A stretch of DNA of 64,000 nucleotides, taken from contig OZ024741.1 of assembly GCA_964016885.1 (NCBI GenBank), positions 258,602,001 to 258,666,000 of the forward strand, written 5' to 3'. Position numbers and translations under genes: made by a program. Positions 13,305-24,500 of this stretch are shown piece by piece. Below the pieces are notes generated by a model, which was not told where the DNA came from, searched no databases, and saw only the letters and a list, made by a program, of their open reading frames with translations. The stretch is from Eledone cirrhosa. Lineage: Eukaryota. Each line of letters opens with the position of its first letter. Position 1 is the first letter of the stretch.

Positions 13305-15270
13305 TCTCTGTCAGTGCCAGTGTTGTTGTAGTTGTTGCTGCTTTCTCTGTCAGTGCCAGTGTTGTTGTAGTTGTTTCTGTTTTCTGTGTCAGTGCCAGTG
13401 TTGTTGTTGTTGCTGTTTTCTCTGTCAGTGCCAGTGTTGTTGTAGTTGTTGCTGTTTTCTGTGTCAGTGCCACTGTTGTTGTTGCTGTTTTCTGTGTCTG
13501 TGCCAGTGTTGTTGTAGTTGTTGCTGTTTTCTCTGTCAGTGCCAGTGTTGTTGTAGTTGTTGCTGTTTTCTCTGTCAGTGCCAGTGTTGTTGTAGTTGTT
13601 GCTGTTTTCTCTGTCAGTGCCAGTGTTGTTGTAGTTGTTACTGTTTTCTGTGTCAGTGCCAGTGTTTTTGTTGTTGCTGTTTTCTCTGTCAGTGCCAGTC
13701 TGGTTGTAGTTGTTGCTGTTTTCTCTGTCAGTGCCAGTGTTGTTGTAATTGTTGCTGTTTTCTGTTTCAGTGCCAGTGTTGTTGCTGTTGTTGCTGTTTT
13801 CTGTGTCAGTGCCAGTGTTGTTGTTGTTGCTGTTTTCTGTGTCAGTGCCAGTGTTGTTGTTGCTATTTTCACTGTCAGTGCCAGTGTTGTTGTAGTTGTT
13901 GCTGTTTTCTGTGTCAGTGCCAGTGTTGTTGTTGTTGTTGCTGTTTTCTCTGTCAGTGCCAGTGTTGTTGTAGTTGTTGCTGTTTTCTGTGTCAGTGCCA
14001 GTGTTGTTGTAGTTGTTGCTGTTTTCTCTGTTAGTGCCAGTGTTGTTGTAGTTGTTGCTGTTTTCTGTGTCAGTGCCAGTGTTGTTGTTGTTGCTGTTTT
14101 CTCTGTCAGTGCCAGTGTTGTTGTAGTTGTTGCTGTTTTCTCTGTCAGTGCCAGTTTTGTTGTAGTTGTTGCTGTTTTCTGTGTCAGTGCCAGTGTTGTT
14201 GTAGTTGTTGCTGTTTTCTCTGTCAGTGCCAGTGTTGTTGTTGCTGTTTTCTCTGTCAGTGCCAGTGTTGTAGTTGTTGATGTTTTCTCTGTCAGTGCCA
14301 GTGTTGTTGTAGTTGTTGCTGCTTTCTCTGTCAGTGCCAGTGTTGTTGTAGTTGTTTCTGTTTTCTGTGTCAGTGCCAGTGTTGTTGTTGTTGCTGTTTT
14401 CTCTGTCAGTGCCAGTGTTGTTGTAGTTGTTGCTGTTTTCTGTGTCAGTGCCACTGTTGTTGTTGCTGTTTTCTGTGTCTGTGCCAGTGTTGTTGTAGTT
14501 GTTGCTGTTTTCTCTGTCAGTGCCAGTGTTGTTGTAGTTGTTGCTGTTTTCTCTGTCAGTGCCAGTGTTGTTGTAGTTGTTGCTGTTTTCTCTGTCAGTG
14601 CCAGTGTTGTTGTAGTTGTTACTGTTTTCTGTGTCAGTGCCAGTGTTTTTGTTGTTGCTGTTTTCTCTGTCAGTGCCAGTCTGGTTGTAGTTGTTGCTGT
14701 TTTCTCTGTCAGTGCCAGTGTTGTTGTAATTGTTGCTGTTTTCTGTTTCAGTGCCAGTGTTGTTGCTGTTGTTGCTGTTTTCTGTGTCAGTGCCAGTGTT
14801 GTTGTTGTTGCTGTTTTCTGTGTCAGTGCCAGTGTTGTTGTTGCTATTTTCACTGTCAGTGCCAGTGTTGTTGTAGTTGTTGCTGTTTTCTGTGTCAGTG
14901 CCAGTGTTGTTGTTGTTGTTGCTGTTTTCTCTGTCAGTGCCAGTGTTGTTGTAGTTGTTGCTGTTTTCTGTGTCAGTGCCAGTGTTGTTGTAGTTGTTGC
15001 TGTTTTCTCTGTTAGTGCCAGTGTTGTTGTAGTTGTTGCTGTTTTCTGTGTCAGTGCCAGTGTTGTTGTTGTTGCTGTTTTCTCTGTCAGTGCCAGTGTT
15101 GTTGTAGTTGTTGCTGTTTTCTCTGTCAGTGCCAGTTTTGTTGTAGTTGTTGCTGTTTTCTGTGTCAGTGCCAGTGTTGTTGTAGTTGTTGCTGTTTTCT
15201 CTGTCAGTGCCAGTGTTGTTGTTGCTGTTTTCTCTGTCAGTGCCAGTGTTGTAGTTGTTGATGTTTTCTC
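13305..15270. repeat. Near-perfect 981-bp tandem duplication
   Basis: TCTGTGTCTG is at 13491 and 14472, and the C of AGTCTGGTT is at 13700 and 14681. GTAATTG and TCTGTTTCAG repeat at the same offset. Confidence 0.9.
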
Positions 15271-15584
15271 TGTCAGTGCCAGTGTTGTAGTTGTTGATGT
15301 TTTCTCTGTCAGTGCCAGTGTTGTTGTTGTTGCTATTTTCACTGTCAGTGCCAGTGTTGTTGTTGTTGCTGTTTTCTGTGTCAGTGCCAGTGTTGTTGTT
15401 GTTGCTGTTTTCTGTGTCAGTGCCAGTGTTGTTGTTGTTACTGTTGCTGTTTTCTGTGTCAGTGCCAGTCTTGTTGTTGTTACTGTTGCTGTTTTCTGTG
15501 CCAGAGCCAATGTTATTGTTGCTGTTGTTGCTGTTTTCTGTGTCAGTGCCACTGTTGTTGTTGCTGTTGTTGCTGTTTTCTGTG

Positions 15585-18500
15585 TCAGTGCCAGTGTTGT
15601 TGTTGCTGTTGTTGCTGTTTCTGTGTCAGTGCCAGTGTTGTTGTTGCTGTTTTCCGTGCCAGTGTTGTTGTAGTTGTTGCTGTTTTCTGTGTCAGTGCCA
15701 GTGTTCTTGCTGTTGCTGTTTTCTGTGTCAGTGCCAGTGTTGTTGTTGTTACTGTTGCTGTTTTCTGTGTCAGTTCCAGTGTTGTTGTTGCTGTTGCTGT
15801 TTTCTGTGCCAGTGCCAGTGTTATTGTTGCTGTTGTTGCTGTTTTCTCTGTCAGTGCCAGTGTTGTTGTAGTTGTTGCTGTTTTCTCTGTCAGTGCCAGT
15901 GTTGTTGTAGTTGTTGCTGTTTTCTGTGTCAGTGCCAGTGTTGTTGTAGTTGTTGCTGTTTTCTCTGTCAGTGACAGTGTTGTTGTTGTTGCTGCTTTCT
16001 CTGTCAGTGTCAGTGTTGTAGTTGTTGCTGTTTTCTCTGTCAGTGCCAGTGTTGTTGTTGTTGTTGCTGTTTTCTGTGTCAGTGCCAGTGTTGTTGTTGT
16101 TGCTGTTTTCTGTGTCAGTGCCAGTGTTGTTGTTGTTGCTGTTTTCTCTGTCAGTGCCAGTGTTGTTGCTGTTGCTATTTTCACTGCCAGTGCCAGTGTT
16201 GTTGTTGCTGTTTTCTGTGTCAGTGACAGTGTTGTTGTTGTTGCTGTTTTCTGTGTCAGTGCCAGTGTTGTTGTTGTTACTGTTGCTGTTTTCTGTGTCA
16301 GTTCCAGTGTTGCTGTTGCTGTTTTCTGTGCCAGTGCCAGTGTTATTGTTGCTGTTGTTGCTGTTTTCTGTGTCAGTGCCACGGTTGTTGTTGCTGTTGT
16401 TGCTGTTTTCTGTGTCAGTGCCAGTGTTGTTGTTGCTGTTGTTGCTGTTTTCTGTGTCAGTGCCAGTGTTGTTGTTGCTGTTGTTGCTGTTTTCCGTGCC
16501 AGTGTTGTTGTAGTTGTTGCTGTTTTCTGTGTCAGTGCCTGTATTGTTGTTGTTGCTGTTTTCTCTGTCAGTGCCAGTGTTGTTGTTGTTGCTGTTTTCT
16601 GTGTCAGTGCCAGTGTTGTTGTAGTTGTTGCTGTTTTCTGTGTCAGTGCCAGTGTTGTTGTAGTTGTTGCTGTTTTCTGTGTCAGTGCCAGTGTTGTTGT
16701 AGTTGTTGCTGTTTTCTCTGTCAGTGCCAGTGTTGTTGTAGTTGTTGCTGTTTTCTCTGTCAGTGCCAGTGTTGTTGTAGTTGTTGCTGTTTTCTGTGTC
16801 AGTGCCAGTGTTGTTGTTGCTGTTTTCTCTGTCAGTGCCAGTGTTGTTGTAGTTGTTGCTGTTTTCTGTGTCAGTGCCAGTGTTGTTGTAGTTGTTGCTG
16901 TTTTCTCTGTCAGTGCCAGTGTTGTTGTAGTTGTTGCTGTTTTCTGTGCCAGTGCCAGTGTTGTTGTTGCTGTTTTCTCTGTCAGTGCCAGTGTTGTTGT
17001 TGCTGTTGTTGCTGTTTTCTGTGTCAGTGCCAGTGTTGTTGCTGTTGCTGTTTTCTCTGTCAGTGCCAGTGTTGTTGTAGTTGTTGCTGTTTTCTCTGTC
17101 AGTGCCAGTGTTGTAGTTGTTGCTGTTTTCTGTGTCAGTGCCAGTGTTGTTGTTGTTGCTGTTTTCTCTGTCAGTGCCAGTGTTGTTGTAGTTGTTGCTG
17201 TTTTCTCTGTCAGTGCCAGTGTTGTAGTTGTTGCTGTTTTCTCTGTCAGTGCCAGTGTTTTTGTTGTTGCTGTTTTCTGTGTCAGTGCCAGTGTTTTTGT
17301 TGTTGCTGTTTTCTGTGTCAGTGCCAGTGTTGTTGTAGTTGTTGCTGTGTTCTGTGTCAGTGCCAGTGTTGTTGTAGTTGTTGCTTTTTTCAGTGTCAGT
17401 GCCAGTGTTGTTGTAGTTGTTGCTGTTTTCTCTGTCAGTGCCAGTTTTGTTGTAGTTGTTGCTGTTTTCTGTGTCAGTGCCAGTGTTGTTGTAGTTGTTG
17501 CTGTTTTCTTTGTCAGTTTCAGTGTTGTTGTTGTTGCTGTTTTCTCTGTCAGTGCCAGTGTTGTAGTTGTTGCTGTTTTCTCTGTCAGTGCCAGTGTTGT
17601 TGTTGTTGTTGCTGTTTTCTCTGTCAGTGCCAGTGTTGTTGTTGTTGCTATTTTCACTGTCAGTGCCAGTGTTGTTGTTGTTGCTATTTTCACTGTCAGT
17701 GCCAGTGTTGTTGTTGTTACTGTTGCTGTTTTCTGTGTCAGTGCCAGATTTGTTGTTGTTACTGTTGCTGTTTTCTGTGCCAGTGTTATTGTTGCTGTTT
17801 TCTCTGTCAGTGCCAGTGTTGTTGTAGTTGTTGCTGTTTTCTGTGTCAGTGCCAGTGTTGTTGTTGTTGCTGTTTTCTGTGTCAGTGCCAGTGTTGTTGC
17901 TGTTGCTGTTTTCTCTGTCAGTGCCAGTGATGTTGTAGTTGTTGCTGTTTTCTGTGTCAGTGCCAGTGTTGTTGTAGTTGTTGCTGTTTTCTCTGTCAGT
18001 GCCAGTGTTGTTGTTGTTGCTGTTTTCTGTGTCAGTGCCAGTGTTGTTGTTGTTGCTGTTTTCTGTGTCAGTGCCAGTGTTGTTGTTGTTGCTGTTTTCT
18101 CTGTCAGTGCCAGTGTTGTTGTAGTTGTTGCTGTTTTCTCTGTCAGTGCCAGTGTTGTTGTAGTTGTTGCCGTTTTCTGTGTCAGTGCCGGTGTTGTTGT
18201 TGTTGCTGTTTTCTCTGTCAGTGCCAGTGTTGTTGTTGTTGCTGTTTTCTGTGTCAGTGCCAGTGTTGTTGTTGCTGTTTTCTGTGTCAGTGCCAGTGTT
18301 GTTGTTGTTGCTGTTTTCTGTGTCAGTGCCAGTGTTGTTGTAGTTGTTGCTGTTTTCTGTGTCAGTGCCAGTGTTGTTGTAGTTGTTGCTGTTTTCTGTG
18401 TCAGTGCCAGTGTTGTTGTAGTTGTTGATGTTTTCTCTGTCAGTGCCAGTGTTGTTGTAGTTGTTGCTGTTTTCTGTGTCAGTGCCAGTGTTGTTGTAGT

Positions 18501-21500
18501 TGTTGCTGTTTTCTCTTTCAGTGCCAGTGTTGTTGTAGTTGTTGCTGTTTTCTCTGTCAGTGCCAGTGTTGTTGTAGTTGTTGCTGTTTTCTGTGTCAGT
18601 GCCAGTGTTGTTGTTGCTGTTTTCTCTGTCAGTGCCAGTGTTGTTGTAGTTGTTGCTGTTTTCTGTGTCAGTGCCAGTGTTGTTGTAGTTGTTGCTGTTT
18701 TCTCTGTCAGTGCCAGTGTTGTTGTAGTTGTTGCTGTTTTCTGTGTCAGTGCCAGTGTTGTTGTTGTTGCTGTTTTCTCTGTCAGTGCCAGTGTTGTTGT
18801 AGTTGTTGCTGTTTTCTCTGTCAGTGCCAGTTTTGTTGTAGTTGTTGCTGTTTTCTGTGTCAGTGCCAGTGTTGTTGTAGTTGTTGCTGTTTTCTCTGTC
18901 AGTGCCAGTGTTGTTGTTGCTGTTTTCTCTGTCAGTGCCAGTGTTGTAGTTGTTGATGTTTTCTCTGTCAGTGCCAGTGTTGTTGTTGTTGCTGTTTTCT
19001 CTGTCAGTGTTGTTGTTGTTGCTATTTTCACTGTCAGTGCCAGTGTTGTTGTTGTTGCTGTTTTCTGTGTCAGTGCCAGTGTTGTTGTTGTTACTGTTGC
19101 TGATTTCTGTGTCAGTGCCAGTCTTGTTGTTGTTACTGTTGCTGTTTTCTGTGCCAGAGCCAGTGTTATTGTTGCTGTTGTTGCTGTTTTCTGTGTCAGT
19201 GCCACTGTTGTTGTTGCTGTTGTTGCTGTTTTCTGTGTCAGTGCCAGTGTTGTTGTTGCTGTTGTTGCTGTTTTCTGTGTCAGTGCCAGTGTTGTTGTTG
19301 CTGTTGTTGCTGTTTTCCGTGCCAGTGTTGTTGTAGTTGTTGCTGTTTTCTGTGTCAGTGCCAGTGTTCTTGCTGTTGCTGTTTTCTGTGTCAGTGCCAG
19401 TGTTGTTGTTGTTACTGTTGCTGTTTTCTGTGTCAGTTCCAGTGTTGTTGTTGTTGTTGCTGTTGCTGTTTTCTGTGCCAGTGCCAGTGTTATTGTTGCT
19501 GTTGTTGCTGTTTTCTCTGTCAGTGTCAGTGTTGTTGTAGTTGTTGCTGTTTTCTCTGTCAGTGCCAGTGTTGTTGTAGTTGTTGCTGTTTTCTCTGTCA
19601 GTGACAGTGTTGTTGTTGTTGCTGCTTTCTCTGTCAGTGTCAGTGTTGTAGTTGTTGCTGTTTTCTCTGTCAGTGCCAGTGTTGTTGTTGTTGTTGCTGT
19701 TTTCTGTGTCAGTGCCAGTGTTGTTGTTGTTGCTGTTTTCTGTGTCAGTGCCAGTGTTGTTGTTGTTGCTGTTTTCTCTGTCAGTGCCAGTGTTGTTGCT
19801 GTTGTTATTTTCACTGTCAGTGCCAGTGTTGTTGTTGCTGTTTTCTGTGTCAGTGCCAGTCTTGTTGTTGTTGCTGTTTTCTGTGTCAGTGCCAGTGTTG
19901 TTGTTGTTACTGTTGCTGTTTTCTGTGTCAGTTCCAGTGTTTCTGTTGCTGTTTTCTGTGCCAGTGCCAGTGTTATTGTTGCTGTTGTTGCTGTTTTCTC
20001 TGTCAGTGCCAGTGTTGTTGTTGTTGCTGTTTTCTGTGTCAGTGCCAGTGTTGTTGTAGTTGTTGCTGTTTTCTGTGTCAGTGCCAGTGTTGTTGTAGTT
20101 GTTGCTGTTTTCTGTGTCAGTGCCAGTGTTGTTGTTGCTGTTTTCTCTGTCAGTGCCAGTGTTGTTGTAGTTGTTGCTGTTTTCTGTGTCAGTGCCAGTG
20201 TTGTTGTAGTTGTTGCTGTTTTCTCTGTCAGTGCCAGTGTTGTTGTAGTTGTTGCTGTTTTCTGTGCCAGTGCCAGTGTTGTTGTTGCTGTTTTCTCTGT
20301 CAGTGTCAGTGTTGTTGTTGCTGTTGTTGCTGTTTTCTGTGTCAGTGCCAGTGTTGTTGCTGTTGCTGTTTTCTCTGTCAGTGCCAGTGTTGTTGTAGTT
20401 GTTGCTGTTTTCTCTGTCAGTGCCAGTGTTGTAGTTGTTGCTGTTTTCTGTGTCAGTGCCAGTGTTGTTGTTGTTGCTGTTTTCTCTGTCAGTGCCAGTG
20501 TTGTTGTTGTTGTTGCTGTTTTCTCTGTCAGTGCCAGTGTTGTAGTTGTTGCTGTTTTCTCTGTCAGTGCCAGTGTTTTTGTTGTTGCTGTTTTCTGTGT
20601 CAGTGCCAGTGTGTTTGTTGTTGCTGTTTTCTGTGTCAGTGCCAGTGTTGTTGTAGTTGTTGCTGTGTTCTGTGTCAGTGCCAGTGTTGTTGTAGTTGTT
20701 GCTTTTTTCAGTGTCAGTGCCAGTGTTGTTGTAGTTGTTGCTGTTTTCTCTGTCAGTGCCAGTTTTGTTGTAGTTGTTGCTGTTTTCTCTGTCAGTGCCA
20801 GTGTTGTTGTAGTTGTTGCCGTTTTCTGTGTCAGTGCCGGTGTTGTTGTTGTTGCTGTTTTCTCTGTCAGTGCCAGTGTTGTTGTTGTTGCTGTTTTCTG
20901 TGTCAGTGCCAGTGTTGTTGTTGCTGTTTTCTGTGTCAGTGCCAGTGTTGTTGTTGTTGCTGTTTTCTGTGTCAGTGCCAGTGTTGTTGTAGTTGTTGCT
21001 GTTTTCTGTGTCAGTGCCAGTGTTGTTGTAGTTGTTGCTGTTTTCTGTGTCAGTGCCAGTGTTGTTGTAGTTGTTGCTGTTTTCTCTGTCAGTGCCAGTG
21101 TTGTTGTAGTTGTTGCTGTTTTCTGTGTCAGTGCCAGTGTTGTTGTAGTTGTTGCTGTTTTCTCTTTCAGTGCCAGTGTTGTTGTAGTTGTTGCTGTTTT
21201 CTCTGTCAGTGCCAGTGTTGTTGTAGTTGTTGCTGTTTTCTGTGTCAGTGCCAGTGTTGTTGTTGCTGTTTTCTCTGTCAGTGCCAGTGTTGTTGTAGTT
21301 GTTGCTGTTTTCTGTGTCAGTGCCAGTGTTGTTGTAGTTGTTGCTGTTTTCTCTGTCAGTGCCAGTGTTGTTGTAGTTGTTGCTGTTTTCTGTGTCAGTG
21401 CCAGTGTTGTTGTTGTTGCTGTTTTCTCTGTCAGTGCCAGTGTTGTTGTAGTTGTTGCTGTTTTCTCTGTCAGTGCCAGTTTTGTTGTAGTTGTTGCTGT

Positions 21501-24500
21501 TTTCTGTGTCAGTGCCAGTGTTGTTGTAGTTGTTGCTGTTTTCTCTGTCAGTGCCAGTGTTGTTGTTGCTGTTTTCTCTGTCAGTGCCAGTGTTGTAGTT
21601 GTTGATGTTTTCTCTGTCAGTGCCAGTGTTGTTGTTGTTGCTGTTTTCTCTGTCAGTGTTGTTGTTGTTGCTATTTTCACTGTCAGTGCCAGTGTTGTTG
21701 TTGTTGCTGTTTTCTGTGTCAGTGCCAGTGTTGTTGTTGTTACTGTTGCTGATTTCTGTGTCAGTGCCAGTCTTGTTGTTGTTACTGTTGCTGTTTTCTG
21801 TGCCAGAGCCAGTGTTATTGTTGCTGTTGTTGCTGTTTTCTGTGTCAGTGCCACTGTTGTTGTTGCTGTTGTTGCTGTTTTCTGTGTCAGTGCCACGGTT
21901 GTTGTTGCTGTTGTTGCTGTTTTCTGTGTCAGTGCCAGTGTTGTTGTTGCTGTTGTTGCTGTTTTCCGTGCCAGTGTTGTTGTAGTTGTTGCTGTTTTCT
22001 GTGTCAGTGCCAGTGTTCTTGCTGTTGCTGTTTTCTGTGTCAGTGCCAGTGTTGTTGTTGTTACTGTTGCTGTTTTCTGTGTCAGTTCCAGTGTTGTTGT
22101 TGTTGTTGCTGTTGCTGTTTTCTGTGCCAGTGCCAGTGTTATTGTTGCTGTTGTTGCTGTTTTCTCTGTCAGTGTCAGTGTTGTTGTAGTTGTTGCTGTT
22201 TTCTCTGTCAGTGCCAGTGTTGTTGTAGTTGTTGCTGTTTTCTCTGTCAGTGACAGTGTTGTTGTTGTTGCTGCTTTCTCTGTCAGTGTCAGTGTTGTAG
22301 TTGTTGCTGTTTTCTCTGTCAGTGCCAGTGTTGTTGTTGTTGTTGCTGTTTTCTGTGTCAGTGCCAGTGTTGTTGTTGTTGCTGTTTTCTGTGTCAGTGC
22401 CAGTGTTGTTGTTGTTGCTGTTTTCTCTGTCAGTGCCAGTGTTGTTGCTGTTGTTATTTTCACTGTCAGTGCCAGTGTTGTTGTTGCTGTTTTCTGTGTC
22501 AGTGCCAGTCTTGTTGTTGTTGCTGTTTTCTGTGTCAGTGCCAGTGTTGTTGTTGTTACTGTTGCTGTTTTCTGTGTCAGTTCCAGTGTTTCTGTTGCTG
22601 TTTTCTGTGCCAGTGCCAGTGTTATTGTTGCTGTTGTTGCTGTTTTCTCTGTCAGTGCCAGTGTTGTTGTTGTTGCTGTTTTCTGTGTCAGTGCCAGTGT
22701 TGTTGTAGTTGTTGCTGTTTTCTGTGTCAGTGCCAGTGTTGTTGTAGTTGTTGCTGTTTTCTGTGTCAGTGCCAGTGTTGTTGTTGCTGTTTTCTCTGTC
22801 AGTGCCAGTGTTGTTGTAGTTGTTGCTGTTTTCTGTGTCAGTGCCAGTGTTGTTGTAGTTGTTGCTGTTTTCTCTGTCAGTGCCAGTGTTGTTGTAGTTG
22901 TTGCTGTTTTCTGTGCCAGTGCCAGTGTTGTTGTTGCTGTTTTCTCTGTCAGTGCCAGTGTTGTTGTTGCTGTTGTTGCTGTTTTCTGTGTCAGTGCCAG
23001 TGTTGTTGCTGTTGCTGTTTTCTCTGTCAGTGCCAGTGTTGTTGTAGTTGTTGCTGTTTTCTCTGTCAGTGCCAGTGTTGTAGTTGTTGCTGTTTTCTGT
23101 GTCAGTGCCAGTGTTGTTGTTGTTGCTGTTTTCTCTGTCAGTGCCAGTGTTGTTGTAGTTGTTGCTGTTTTCTCTGTCAGTGCCAGTGTTGTAGTTGTTG
23201 CTGTTTTCTCTGTCAGTGCCAGTGTTTTTGTTGTTGCTGTTTTCTGTGTCAGTGCCAGTGTGTTTGTTGTTGCTGTTTTCTGTGTCAGTGCCAGTGTTGT
23301 TGTAGTTGTTGCTGTGTTCTGTGTCAGTGCCAGTGTTGTTGTAGTTGTTGCTTTTTTCAGTGTCAGTGCCAGTGTTGTTGTAGTTGTTGCTGTTTTCTCT
23401 GTCAGTGCCAGTTTTGTTGTAGTTGTTGCTGTTTTCTGTGTCAGTGCCAGTGTTGTTGTAGTTGTTGCTGTTTTCTTTGTCAGTTTCAGTGTTGTTGTTG
23501 TTGCTGTTTTCTCTGTCAGTGCCAGTGTTGTAGTTGTTGCTGTTTTCTCTGTCAGTGCCAGTGTTGTTGTTGTTGTTGCTGTTTTCTCTGTCAGTGCCAG
23601 TGTTGTTGTTGTTGCTATTTTCACTGTCAGTGCCAGTGTTGTTGTTGTTGCTATTTTCACTGTCAGTGCCAGTGTTGTTGTTGTTACTGTTGCTGTTTTC
23701 TGTGTCAGTGCCAGATTTGTTGTTGTTACTGTTGCTGTTTTCTGTGCCAGTGTTATTGTTGCTGTTGTTGTTGTTTTGTCTGTCAGTGCCAGTGTTGTAG
23801 TTGTTGCTGTTTTCTCTGTCAGTGCCAGTGTTGTTGTAGTTGTTGCTGTTTTCTGTGTCAGTGCCAGTGTTGTTGTTGTTGCTGTTTTCTGTGTCAGTGC
23901 CAGTGTTGTTGCTGTTGCTGTTTTCTCTGTCAGTGCCAGTGATGTTGTAGTTGTTGCTGTTTTCTGTGTCAGTGCCAGTGTTGTTGTAGTTGTTGCTGTT
24001 TTCTCTGTCAGTGCCAGTGTTGTTGTTGTTGCTGTTTTCTGTGTCAGTGCCAGTGTTGTTGTTGTTGCTGTTTTCTGTGTCAGTGCCAGTGTTGTTGTTG
24101 TTGCTGTTTTCTCTGTCAGTGCCAGTGTTGTTGTAGTTGTTGCTGTTTTCTCTGTCAGTGCCAGTGTTGTTGTAGTTGTTGCCGTTTTCTGTGTCAGTGC
24201 CGGTGTTGTTGTTGTTGCTGTTTTCTCTGTCAGTGCCAGTGTTGTTGTTGTTGCTGTTTTCTGTGTCAGTGCCAGTGTTGTTGTTGCTGTTTTCTGTGTC
24301 AGTGCCAGTGTTGTTGTTGTTGCTGTTTTCTGTGTCAGTGCCAGTGTTGTAGTAGTTGTTGCTGTTTTCTGTGTCAGTGCCAGTGTTGTTGTAGTTGTTG
24401 CTGTTTTCTGTGTCAGTGCCAGTGTTGTTGTAGTTGTTGCTGTTTTCTCTGTCAGTGCCAGTGTTGTTGTAGTTGTTGCTGTTTTCTGTGTCAGTGCCAG